Source: Paraphysomonas bandaiensis
Taxonomy: Eukaryota; Protista; Chrysophyceae
Assembly: GCA_965644295.1 (NCBI GenBank)
Contig: CBFFRP010000138.1
Span: 1 to 64,000, forward strand
DNA length: 64,000 nt
Direction: 5' to 3'
Shown here: piece by piece, positions 8,076 to 20,682 of the stretch
Layout of the letters: each line of letters opens with the position of its first letter
Numbering within the stretch: position 1 is the stretch's first letter
Notes under the pieces: generated by a model
What the model was told of the DNA's origin: nothing
The model's database searches: none
The model's input: the letters and a program-made list of their open reading frames with translations, nothing else
Made by a program: the position numbers and the translations under genes

Positions 8076-9848
8076 CGTACATTGAGAGGGTGTATATGCA
8101 TAAATATGTATGTATAATATATATATTATACAGTCATAAATGTTCCCCACCCTCCTCTGTACAATACTCCTGTGATTCTATCCAATTCTACTGTAGTCAA
8201 CCATATATATACAGTAGTAACTGCAGCAGGTGTTATATTATATATAACACTAATAAGATAAAACACACACTGTAGTAACACACTCATATATATGTATACT
8301 GAGTGAAGTTTTCATTATAATCAAATAATATAAATTTAAAAGAATAATAATTTAAAAAGTTTAATTATGATTATTTATGTGTATTGTTATGAATATATGT
8401 GTATTAAACCCCTTTATAGGGTATTAAATGGAAATAATATGCATATTATAGTGTATTATAATAAAAGTGGGTAGATACTAAAACTCCTCCCTCTTGTTGG
8501 TTACTGATATTATGATGATTGTAGTAGTGAACAACATTATTTGATATTTTTGTGTAATAGTAACATAGACAGTGGATAGATAGATATGGATGGATGGATT
8601 TGTAACCTTTTGTTGTAACCAAGATATGATTACATCCTACAGATAACTTAGCAGACATGCATACAGTATGTATATAGGTGTACCGTATCCATAGACATAG
8701 CTATACGTATTATATTGTTATTAGGCATCCTATATTGAGCAAGAAGATGATCAGGTATGTAAGAAGAAGAGGAGCAGTCGAAGGCGAAAAGTTGTCTTCG
8801 ATAATACGGAGTGTATATATTTTTATACTCATAGAGTGTACAACTCTTATCTCCTCTATGGAGAGAGTATAAAAATATGTATAGAGTAACAACTCATTGA
8901 CAAACGCTCACACCCATCATATACACATTAAAAGTATTCCCGCTGTGAGCACTACTTCACCTTCACAGACACCATAAAAGTACATACATCAGAAGTAAGT
9001 GTTATACTGTGGCAGCGCAGGTAATCCAACATAGAGTGATTATTAAATAAAAAGCTTGTAAATTCCTATTGAAAAACAGATATCAGACACCCTACTAAAG
9101 TGCTAGTGTTAATTAAGCTAAGTAACGTATAGATTGTTAATAAAAATCTCAGCGCATTATTTGTGTGTCGGCACCAAGGAAGCTCTCTAGCTAGATCTTC
9201 ACTATACTTGTATAGCCTATATAAGATTACAAGAAATCCCGCGCATTCTAGGGGAGGAAGGGAGCCGCTAGGCCTATACTGAGCCATGCATGGTCACGAG
9301 AAGCTCCGGGTAATATTTGTTAGGTAACAATGGGAAGGTACACACATGGTTCCTACTACAATCTGCGCGAATTATATATATTAGTCATGCATAGCTATTG
9401 ATACTAACATGAGTGACGTCAGGCTTGTGTGACAATTAATTTTCTCTTTACTTCCAATTCATCGGTTTCAAAACGACAACCGAAAGTACAAGAAAGCGAA
9501 CAAACTACAACACGATTTCGTTGCATGGCTAAAGCATGTGTATAGCGCTATCAACGCTTGTGAGAGGTTGTTTAGCAAAGCTACGACAGTAGTGACTGCA
9601 TTATGTTAGTGAATGACACCTACTAGATAAATTGTAATGTTATTCAATGTCTTGTTATTATTAGTAGACATGGAAGCAAAGAGCTACTGATTTGAATATA
9701 ATAATCAAATAAATACCAATACTAGTATTCTACTATCTGTGCGTCATCGCAAGAACTTAGATGCAACCATCCTCGCTATCAATCACTCAAAGCAAACGCA
9801 GAGAATGTTAATATATCTGACATCTGCTGACTTCAGGATTTATGAGAT

Positions 9849-10142
9849 CTTAAGGCGAACTCATTCCGGATGCTTGACTTCCCTGTTCCCTGGATACTAC
9901 CCTTACAGTGGGTCCATTCCCGGATAACCTTCAGGTGGGCCCAGTGCTAGATGCCAGCTTGCTCTTCAGGGCTCAAAGACGTCTACACCAAGTGACTCTT
10001 ATTGCTCTCCCTTGCACCACTCAAGCATTTGGCTATTATTGGACAGAACAATATCTGCGACTATATATATTTTGCGGCTCTCGTTAGTTTCCCGCATTCC
10101 CCAGAACACCACCAAAAAGTGTAAGTCCGACTTTGTTGAGGG
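9849..10142 (-). mobile_element. SINE-like retroposon, 5' half
   Basis: Similar to 45140-45451 and 28105-28232; ends at the shared terminus CTTTGTTGAGGG. Confidence 0.7.
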
Positions 10143-10152
10143 TTTAAAATGA

Positions 10153-10221
10153 GCATTCTTCTAGCCACTAATTGATGCAAGGTCTCAACGCCTATTGCTA
10201 AATAATCAGACATTCACTACT
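10153..10221 (+). mobile_element. 5'-truncated 69-bp retroposon tail insertion with 13-bp TSD
   Basis: Matches 8003-8069; flanked by perfect GGGTTTAAAATGA at 10140-10152 and 10222-10234. Confidence 0.85.
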
Positions 10222-10979
10222 GGGTTTAAAATGATGTTGATGTTTCGTGTGCAAGTCGGCATCTTTGGGATGAGGTTGGAATTGTTCTAAAAGCCAGAAA
10301 TAGAATTGAAAGTACTTAGTTGGAAATAATAGCAAATTAAATGTAATGACCGTAATGGTTAATAATTATTGCAAATATTTTTATTGGATACTTCTAACCA
10401 ATTTATCGCTAATGGATTGTTACGCAAGCCTGAGTGATACCAGTAACCGCCAGCCAGTCATAGCGTTTAGAGAATGAAGGACCTGTATACTGCACACCTA
10501 CTTTAGAGGTGGAGTCTTTCCCATGTCGCTACATCTCTTTAGTTTTCTGCTCTCTAAATTCTTTTTGAGCTGATCTCTGTTGCATTGGTTTTACTTTACC
10601 TGCTGCGACCTGTGCTGTAGGGAGTATCTGCTTGCGATTATAATTCTAGGTAATCAGCCAATAACCAATAATATTTCATGGGAATGACGCACTTCAACTA
10701 GTACATTAATATTTTGTAGACATTTTCAGGTCTCTATAACATTCACTACAACAGAAACATATACACTTGCCTGGGTATAAAATGCAGCGCAATTCTAATC
10801 ACAGCCAGCTTTAAAGACAGAAGAATTTCACACAACAAATTATCATTTATTCATATATTATTATCAGTAACTCAGCAGAGACCGTATTAACGACACAGTT
10901 CATCAGCATCTCAACTCATAGCATAACCACATGCAGTCTAAACAGTATATATCCTGCACAGGTTGGAGTGCGATGGTTT

Positions 10980-11443
10980 CTACACTTGAGAAGACTGAGA
11001 AGCAGGGGGAGCGGATGCCTTACTACCACCTTCAGAATATGCGGAGTATGTGGAGTCCAACTCTTGGGGATTGTTAACAATTTTCTTTTCGTTATTTGAT
11101 CTGTTAAACAGATTTCACAGAACATATATAAACGATGTATTGAATTATACCCGCAAATTAAAGGAGATACAAAAATAGCAGCAGCCAAGAGGAGAACAAA
11201 TCCCAGAATATGACAGAAGGAAGCAAAGCCATATCCACCGGCAAGAGCTCCGTATGCCTCCTCCAACTCATCATCGTTCTGCTGATCTTTAATGGTATCG
11301 TTGAAGCTAGAGAGGCCCGAGTTGGAAGAGCAAAACCCGAGCAGCATGAGTGCACCTGCACCTAGCACAATTGAGGTTGCAAGCTTGGCCTTGGCACGTT
11401 CATAGAAAGCTCTTGAGGTGAGGGTAAGTGTATCTGCACTCAT
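10980..11443 (-). CDS. Small two-TM membrane protein, 2 exons (intron 11101-11150); paralog of 47364-47720
   Basis: Two hydrophobic segments; removing the GT-AG intron restores CGSNNEK, matching the paralog's CGSANEK; stop TAG at 10980-10982. Confidence 0.7.
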
Positions 11444-11813
11444 TTTATTATTCTGGTTGCAATATGTGCTCTATGGGTATGGAATATTATTCTGTCTGGG
11501 TCATGCATATATATATATAGCCGTGTCTCTATATACATGTATCTACAGCATACATGCAGGTTGCTTGCGCTGGTGTGTGCAGTAGATCTGTCGGATCTCA
11601 AATATGATTTTTTAGCACTGAAAGTATCTTGAAAAGTCGTATAAACTGAAACCTGAAAATTGATACTGGTGGTGTAGTAGTGGAGCATACATACACAGTG
11701 GATCATAGATATCCTGAGACTCAATGATATTGTGGTGACTGTCGGTCATCATATAACATAAGCAAGCAATACCTTTATTACCCGCTGGGATCTTTTCAAG
11801 AGACGTATTCACA

Positions 11814-14800
11814 ATGCCCTCTATCCACAGCAAAAAGAAACAAAAATCTTCCGTATTAAAGAAAATAGAAACATTAAAAGTAATTAATTATACATTGTGC
11901 ATTGCATGCATCCATAACCCCTGCTCTGCACACAGAACACTGGAAACAAAGAGTTTGCATCGAAGCGATTCAGTTGTGCCATAGAGTATTACTCTGAAGC
12001 GATATCAATTGCAAAGGAATCATTGGATTGTTCGGATACCCATGTGTCATCGACCCTATCTAGAGTGCTATCTAATAGATCCGCTGCATATGTGGTATTT
12101 GAATATCTCTCTGAATTGATGTTGGAAGTTAGGGTGTTTATGTCTACAGGAGACGGGAATGTGGATTAATGCCCTTGAAGATGCGCAAAGGTGATTACTG
12201 GTGAAATGATGATTATCCATTAATGCATGGACTAAGGTGTGTGGAGATGGACTCCATGTGGGCCAAGGCATATTACAGATTAGGCGTAGCTTTGAAACTG
12301 GCAGGATTATATGCAGAGAGCCAACAGGCAATCGACTTAGGTCTGAAAGTAATGTTTTTGTTTTGGTGGCAATATATGTAATTAATGTGTATACATTCCG
12401 TATTGTGGTGTTACACTTACGTCACATCACTGTTAATAATATCTTGTAGGAATGTCCATTTTACTTGAAGAGATTCACACTGGTTCATCCCCATCAACAG
12501 TAGCGACCTCCAACAGGAGCGATATGGAACGTCTAATACGGGAACTGGAATACTGGTACTGCCGGCTATATATACATGAGCATGTAGATATGTACATACT
12601 GTAGTTTAGTTACTTTATCAACAGCATCTAATTTCTGTGTATACTACAGCGCATCTGTAGTAGAGGAGCAAGATGCGGTGTATTCAAAGGATGTCGTTTA
12701 TAGGCGGTTTTCGGATCATCTGCAGCACCATGGCTCAACTTTTCCGTATATTTACATGAAACCTATTGGTGTGTTGACTTTATTTTTGTTTCCCTTCTCT
12801 TACGTTTTGTATTAATACACTGCAATTCGTAAGTAATACATCAACTATTGTCTATATGAGGGTCGTTATTGGTACTTATGGGATTTTATTTGCAGGAGAG
12901 GGTCACAGAGGGGTGTACGCTAAGTCTCACTTACCACCTAACTCAGTTATTATGAAGGTATATCATGTAGTACTTCGTGATATACACCATGTCTATATAG
13001 TGCCGTATAACGTTTCTGTAGATCCCACAGTCATTGCTCATCACTGTGGAGATGGGAGAAACATGTCCTGTGGGAATAGCCATGAAACGCGGCAGTGCTA
13101 AACTAATATCATATAAACACTGCTGCCTAGCTGTGTACTTAATATGGGATAGGTGCGATGCCATAGTATTAACCTTTTAGTCTTTTGATTTTATGTGTAT
13201 TTTCATTTATGCACACAGTAAATATATAAAGTTTTAACGTCTCATGTCTTTCATATGCTCCAGAGCTACTAATCCAGAAAGTACTCACAGGCCGTACTAC
13301 CAGATCCTTCCTGATAACCTCTCTAATATGCCTGTATTCTGGTCTCACGAAGATCTGGAGTTATTAGCTGGATCGTACATTCTGGTACAGATTGACGACC
13401 GAAAGGTTTGCATAGTTTTTTCATTATAATAAGATAGACGTAAAGTTAGTTTGCAGGCGAACATCGAATTTGATTACAGAGAAATATTGCGATGCTATCC
13501 AGAGTTTGATCAGTTAGCTTCTTTAGAAGATTTTACTGCTGCGAGGATGATTGTGGCCAGTCGCAACTTTTCCATTGCTATTGGTACCCAAAAGGTATAG
13601 AATGTAAGCCCAAGAATGTTTTAGGTGTATATATATGTTGACAGTCTAGCCGCTTTTTCCCATTGCGTTTGACTTTGTTGGACGTACAGACCGACGCCCT
13701 TGTCCCTTATGCGGACATGCTGAATCACAAGCGTCCCCGACATACCATGTGGGACTTCGATAACTCAATTCAGGCCTTTACTATAACCACACTTACGAGG
13801 ATTGATCCGGGGGAGGAGATTTTTGACTCCTATGGAAGAAAATGCAATTCTAGATACCTTTTGAATTACGGCTTTACTGTTGAAGATAATAAAGGTGCTA
13901 GCGTATACTCTCCGCTTGATAATCTATGATTACTTGTTTTTATGCACTAGACCCAGACGGAACTTGTTATAATGAGTGCTGTTTCTGGATGGATTTATCT
14001 CCCACTGATTCTGCTATGGTATTCTATATTGAAGCAACACTTGTAATACAGATTTTTGATTGTGATGTTAACTGTAGAGTCGTAAGTTTTCTCTTCTTCC
14101 TGCTGATATCCAAGAGTCTGGCCTCACTGGTCGGCCCGTGAGGTTGTCGATGCACTTCGATGACAATAGCACGTTGAATGCTTTCTGTTTTGCGAGATAT
14201 ATTTGCGCACAGGTGCCTTGGTTGTGATATATAGACTATGGAATATTGCAGCTATGATGAAGTGTATGAAATGAGAGAATATGCATAACATGACATTCAT
14301 GCTGCAGGGTGGGGATATAGACAGACTTCCAGCTACTCTACCAGATGCTATTACCGGATTTTGTTTTGCTGAAAATAACAGCAGCGCCATATTTATAAGA
14401 CCGTTATCTCCATACAACGAGCTGGCAGTTTTAGACCTTATTAAAGACAAGGCGCGGGAACAGGTATTCCTTATACTGTCTTCTCTGTTATTCGTGCGAT
14501 ACTTTGTAGCGTGGATATTCAGTGTATTGCTGAAAGTTTTAAATTTAATTTATTGTACAGCTGGATTGCTATCAAACCACACTTGAAGAAGACAGAGCTC
14601 GTTTAACTGAATTCAGTCCCTATTCTAAAGAGTGGAATGCGTGCAACCTCCTCATATCAGAGAAAGAGGTTAATTTAGTGTTGCTGTGAAACAACTTTTG
14701 CTGGTGTAATATGTGATATGTATATTATTTGTCTTCAAGGTATGCCTATTTTGGATCAGGACATATGAAATATGTGAGCCTTTTTTCCGCTCGTCACTGT

Positions 14801-14969
14801 CGACAGCACAGAAGATGATACTAGAACGAAAGTCCACGATATATCCCGAGAATGTTAAAGGTTCGTCATCTATTTAATTTGTTGTGCTCATGCTTTTGCA
14901 GCTGTCGAAGTGGGATTAACAGACTACCTAGAGAAGGTCAGAATTATTTCCTACTTGGAGGTTGTTTGA
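11814..14969 (+). CDS. TPR + SET-domain methyltransferase (SETD3/Rubisco-LSMT-like), multi-exon
   Basis: TPR exons GNKEF...AIEYYSEAI, LSNRSAAY, WAKAYYRLG; SET motifs SRNFS, LVPYADMLNH, GEEIFDSYG...YLLNYGF. Confidence 0.85.
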
Positions 14970-15799
14970 TTATTTTGTGCATGGCAGATATGTATACCAC
15001 TTATAAAATACAGAAGTTAGTCATTTGAGAGTTCTAATGAGACTCTTTAATATGAGCCATATCTCTGCAACTTTGATCGCCACAGAAGCAGATATTATGA
15101 ATAGTTCGACAACTCGATGGGATACTGATGTGATGATTAACGTTTCCGAGACAAAAGTGTAACGAACATAAAATAAACCAGTTACGTCCTACATTATCTA
15201 TAACGAGTATATAGCACTGCAACGTTTTTCATGAATTAAAAAAAATTATGTGATGAAAACGTGCTCTAATGATAAAGCGTTGATATTCTAAAGAGCAGTA
15301 ATTAACCAATGAATATTTTGAGATCGGTAATGGTTTTCCGTATAATATCAAGCTATGGTAAGAACAGGGATAGGGAAAAATATATTGCAATACTATTGTT
15401 TGATAGCGTTCCATCAATAGTAGTGATGGCCCTGTCGATCGCCAAATTCATGTAGTCTCAATTACCAGTCATCTTCATACTTTCTTGATATATCTCGTTC
15501 GTATACGGTCGATTTCAGTTTCATTGCTATGATTGCTATATATAATATCATAACGTACATTAGTTCTCATAATACAGTTAACCACTTCTTCCATTCACAG
15601 TCAGAATTCAAATACCTTTGAACTACAGCTTTTAATTGCTCCCAAACAGCAAAACTCAACATGTTGTGCAATTGCAAGTAATTTCAACTCCTATTGTTCA
15701 TTAATTGGTATTGGTTTTCAATTTTTCTGTTATAATTGATGGCAAATCAACGTTATCAACAGAACTCTGAACTTGTTGGCAGATCACCAAGACATAAGT

Positions 15800-15910
15800 A
15801 TCTTAGTATGAGCCACGCATTATTGTGGAGCGTTTGTTTAGTAGAACTATAATTTCGATGAGTGATAACTATAATTACTTATATGTTTCTTCGAGTATGA
15901 ATGACCTGTG
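15800..15910 (+). pseudogene. hAT transposase C-terminal remnant
   Basis: Degenerate IVERLFSR motif. Confidence 0.45.
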
Positions 15911-16272
15911 AGATTTTCCAAATCAGTAGAAGTAGCTCTCTTGCTATCTTAGCTTGTTGTTTGGGGGACGCTAGCTTTTACAGCATATATATATTCCTTT
16001 ATTTGCAATAATATTACCAAGAATGTATCTACTGGTATCTACTAATAGTACATACATATATATATTATTATATAATACTATTTATAGTGTATAATAGTAA
16101 CGACTAGTCATATCAATAGTTTTCAATCAGTGGATATTGCTCTCCCCACTCATATTATTAGCCAAATACTTGTGTGGTACAAAGGACACTAATATATAAG
16201 TGTCACTTGTGTAAAAGTCTTTGGAGGCTTTGACGAATATAAACTACTAGCATCCGGGAATGGGCCCACATC

Positions 16273-17683
16273 CAGGCTTGCGTAACAAGTAATTGGTTCT
16301 CAATTTATTGGCAATAATTGCCAATTAATTGGATTGCCAATTAAATTAATTGGTTTTAAAAGTGATAACTTCAATTATTATTATTGGTAAATGTTGCCAA
16401 TTAATTGGTTAGCTAAATTATATATAGAATCTTACGATGTATATATATATAGCTACTAAAACTTAGGTACAAACCCACTATATGTCAGCATACTAGTTTG
16501 AATGTACGGAAGTGGTTGCACCTTGGTGCTTGCGGCGACGCACAAGCAGCTTCTGTAGCGTTAAATAGTAGGATAATAGAATTTGCGCTGATTAGTTATG
16601 GGTAGAGGTCTAACTAGTAGACTAGTATTCAACTAGCCGCTATATCGGAACGGGTTTTTAACGCCTATTGCTAAATAAAAAGACATTCAATATAATATAT
16701 ATATATATAGTTTGAATGTATGTGCACAGTCACGTTAGCATTTTATTAATCGTAATAATGGTTTGTATACCATTTAACCTCAACACGCAAAAGTAAATTA
16801 TATCATGTCAAAGATCGCTGGCAAAGAACAAACTGAGCACCTCCATATATATTATAACGATCATCTAGATACACATAGCATAATAATATAATGTGATAGC
16901 ATATTCAACTGCTTCGAAATATTCAAGTGTAGTAGAGTAAATGACGTTATAAGTGTATCCGTTAGGTAACAGTATCAGAGGAAGAGAAGTATGTGTGTGT
17001 GCTAGAATTCCTTAATACGGAGGATCCGTGGTGTGTATATACAACAGTAATGGACTAGAACGATTGGATAGCTATACTTATTATTATTATTTATTCAACA
17101 GGATGGCATCGAAAGAACTAATTTTATTATTTAATTTGTCAGTACCCTTGGATGAACTTTTACCTGGGGGTGCAGACTCGGAAATTGTTCAAAATGCAGA
17201 TTTGGAGAGAGTAGTAGAGTCAAAATTCAGCGCGGTAGGGAAGAATAACGGATAAATAATGATGATATACCTGCACGAAGGTGAACTTGATAAAGAGAAG
17301 GAGGAGGAAGCGCCTCTTAAATACAACCGAAAGCGCCAAAAGGCACGCATCAAACTACCAACACGATATCGTTGCATGAAGTATTTGTATAGCACTACCT
17401 ATATGTCTGTGAGAGCTTGAGCAGAGCTAAGATTGTTACGACTATATATTCGCAAGCAAATGACACCTAGACACTTGAAATAATGATGTTTCTTTGGGAT
17501 GAGATTATAGTTTATAAAGTTATTCTAAAATCTATCAATAGAATTAAACGCAATTAGGCAATTAATTGGTAATTTCCAATTAATTCCATTGCCAATATAA
17601 TTGGATGCTTGATTAATAATTGCAATTATTATTGCTGAACACCTGTCACCAATTAATTGCCAATTAATTGTTACGCAAGCCTG
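16273..17683 (+). mobile_element. Non-autonomous hAT DNA transposon
   Basis: TIRs CAGGCTTGCGTAACAAGTAATTGG / CCAATTAATTGTTACGCAAGCCTG; 8-bp TSD CCCACATC/CCCCCCTC; many subterminal CCAATTAATTGG motifs; frameshifted SRAKIV...RKQMTPRHLEIMMFL dimerisation-domain remnant at about 17400-17495. Confidence 0.8.
16507..16707 (+). mobile_element. 5'-truncated retroposon tail with (TA)n tail and 13-bp TSD, nested in hAT
   Basis: TAGTTTGAATGTA at 16494-16506 and 16708-16720; body similar to 7884-8069. Confidence 0.85.
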
Positions 17684-18050
17684 CCCCCCTCAAGGCAGGG
17701 CGTCCGGGGTATTGGACTGCCTACCGAAGTCAAGCCTCCGGGATGTTCACCTTAACGGCAGAGAGCGAAAGTGGTTGCACATTGGGGCTTACGGTGACGC
17801 TCAAGCAGCTTTCGTAGCGCCAAATACTAGGATATTAGAGTAAGCACTTGTTAGTTAAATTGTTGCTACATTAGTTTTGACTCTTCACGCCTATTGTTAA
17901 TAATCAGGCATCATTATATTTTACCGTGTATGATATATGTAATACGTACTCAAGGAAAGAGCGATTCGTAATATCAATTCAACTGCAATTTTATTTATCA
18001 TAATGCTGACTATTTATTATCACAAAAATGTGTCCATTTTTACTATACGA

Positions 18051-19431
18051 TCAATTATCACTATCAGCACTATTTAGAATTCGAATGACATCTCTGCTTC
18101 GGCACGGCATTCCTGTAATAGGGCACGCAGGTTTCTCCTGCACAGCATTCATAAGGCAAGTATAGCAAAACACGTACCCCCCTGTTGAAGCAGCAGGGTT
18201 TACCCTCTCTCGCCGACACAGAGGGCAGATGTTATGTCGGTTGGGCGGAAAAACAGATCCCCGTGCAACAGGATGAGGTGATGGTGGTTTAATGACACTA
18301 TCACTTTCACTATCTATTGGGAGGCCGGAGCTAGAAGACGTGGAAGCATTGGATGTGGAATAGCTATTAACCCACTCCAATCCACGTAGAACAAGCAACA
18401 CTCCAAGCACTATTGAGAAGGCGCCTATAGTTCTCCATCGCGTAGTGATACTATCCGGTCTAAGACTATTGACTCTAGGAGAGAGGGTGGGTGAGGCACG
18501 CTTCACTACAGCTACTGGGATAGGGGACAGAATGGCATGAAATGAAGGTGAACGCTGGAAGAGATAGAGTGTTTGTTGGACTAGTTCCATTGTTTTGTGT
18601 ACTGCCAATGCTGCAGATATTTCTTTCTCATGTGCCCTACAGGCATGAGAAAAACTACGACTACCATATCTGAGCACTCGTTTTATCCAGTGACACATTC
18701 GTAATAGGACTCCTGAGGGGGCTTCTTCTGTGAAGTTATCATCATTCTCGTCTTCTACATTCGGAGATAGGGATAACTCTTTAAGCTTATGCAAAACCAA
18801 TGGAAGTGCCTATCGATTACAACAAATCAACTTATATAACACAACTGTATATACTATATATATTGCTGACCAGAGAGAGTACACAGAGTCGTTTGTGCAT
18901 CGTATTCATCGGCGTCAGGTTACCATCTTCCTGCTTGACGACTCGAGTGAGGCCATATATTCTCTCTCCAAAGCTACAGTCTGAGTAGATGTGATAATTA
19001 TTTTACAGGATGATCACCATGTACCGTAAGTGTATATTGATTTCATCTGAATGAATAGAAGTATCGCACGGTGGAGATCAGTGGCATAAGGCTCGATAGA
19101 GTGCCACCTGAGGTGCTCTGTGATGGTGGCGAATATGTGGTGGAAGGTGGACGACGACATGCTCTCACTGCGTTATGATGGTTACTAACATACATATACA
19201 TACAATAACAAACACAAATACGAGCATATTAAAAAATAAACAAAAATAGCACATTAATAAAATAATAAACACTAAAATCAAGTAATAAACATTACTGATG
19301 GGGTATGACTGGATCAATACCATGACAACACCAGTGACAGTAACTTACAATTGATCCAATAGAAATAGTTCGATGAAAGATGGAATCTCTCTATTATCAC
19401 GTATAGTGGAGATAAGTACATTGTCTTCCAT
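18051..19431 (-). CDS. PEX12: Peroxin 12 (RING peroxin), multi-exon
   Basis: N-terminal PSFIELF exon; LRGLEW; C-terminal CPLC...NPAA...GGYVFCYTC...CPITG RING characteristic of PEX12. Confidence 0.85.
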
Positions 19432-19544
19432 AGGCAGAGATGGAGGGGTGAATCTACAGTGGTATGTACAATAAGGTGTAGATGTAATTGATCTGTAAAT
19501 CGAGTCGATGGGATGCGTATGATATACATACAGCAGAGTTCTTC

Positions 19545-19649
19545 TATTGGGACAAACGGCCCTACGAAACCCAACATATTTTATTGGGACAAACAGACTT
19601 CTGTGTGTATCGAATGATTGGGCCTGAAGCATATTCTATTGGGACAAAC
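19545..19649. promoter_or_regulatory. Three copies of TATTGGGACAAAC in the PEX12 / cytochrome b5 divergent promoter
   Basis: Exact 13-mers at 19545, 19582 and 19637; each contains an inverted CCAAT. Confidence 0.5.
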
Positions 19650-19791
19650 AGGCACACATACCTCATGGAATGATTGGAGGCGATTGCTGTTACTGTTTGT
19701 GTAGGTATCCTCCTATTGCACACACAAAACTACCATATATCAACCAACACTTGTCGCATTGCACCATTCAGGTAGTAACTGCTCCGTAATA

Positions 19792-20363
19792 ATGGCCGAG
19801 AAGAAAGAAGTCCCTGTGTACACTGCTGAGGATGTGGCAAAGGTGTGAGACATGCCATGCTTATCGAGTTGCTTAATGTTTGATTGTTTGCAACAGCACG
19901 ACAAGGAATCAGATTGCTGGCTTATCATTGGAAATGAATCCAATGGAGGACCGAAGGTCTATGATGTCACCAAATACCTCGACGACCACCCCGGTGGTGC
20001 GGAAGTTATGATGGAATTCGCAGGTGAGGCGAGTGTCTTTACAGGATTCTAATCTGATTGTGTTATATTAGGGAAGGACGCCGACAGCATGTTTGAAGAT
20101 ATCGGTCACTCCAAGGAAGCTAGAACTACAATGAGCCAATACTTCATTGGAAACCTCAAGGTATGTATACATATTACGTAGCATTTAATTTATTTAATTT
20201 TCATCATATGTAGGACGACGGCAAGTCTTCGAAGACAACACCTACTGCAACCAAAAAGGTCACTGAGATCAAATCTAAGGGCGGAGGACTCAGCCCTGTT
20301 GCAATCATCGCTGTTCTCATTGCTATCGTTCTTGGAGTGTATTTTTCCCAGCAGCAAAAATAA
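19792..20363 (+). CDS. CYB5: Cytochrome b5, tail-anchored, 4 exons
   Basis: [28 protein letters not shown]; C-terminal hydrophobic anchor. Confidence 0.95.
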
Positions 20364-20682
20364 GCTAGCTCTGGGCTATTGTTGTTTGCTAGTTAGAATG
20401 GGTGATGTTGTGTGCATTGTGAAGCCTTGCTACCCGAAGTGATAACATAGTTTGCTTCTAATGAATTAAAGCTATTAATTTTTATTGGGGTCAGATTCGT
20501 GTGTAATATCTTCTCCTTGTAGTGTTTTATATATCGGCCATTGTTCCATTTTCCATTGCCACTGCAACTTATTTATTCTAGAACATTCGCTGTTTTCGGA
20601 TAACATTAATATACAGTGCTCTTGTTTCTTTCCTCCTAAAAGGAAGACCGGTTATTTATTAAGGATCACATTTACAATATTA

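Larger units (their letters stand above)
9420..10432 (+). mobile_element. Non-autonomous hAT DNA transposon (TIR family CAGGCTTGCGTAACAAT) containing retroposon fragments
   Basis: CAGGCTTGTGTGACAAT ... ATTGTTACGCAAGCCTG; degenerate 8-bp TSD AGTGACGT/AGTGATAC; remnant NACERLFSKA (hAT dimerisation-domain motif) near 9555. Confidence 0.7.
16120..17915 (+). mobile_element. SINE-like retroposon copy split by a hAT insertion (parts about 16120-16272 and 17692-17915)
   Basis: Both halves match consecutive parts of the reverse complement of 44972-45451. Confidence 0.7.

Noticed and set aside
19545-19649. Repeat-spacer pattern as a CRISPR array (also 57603-57790)
   Set aside because: Repeats too short or degenerate, spacing irregular, eukaryotic context, no cas genes
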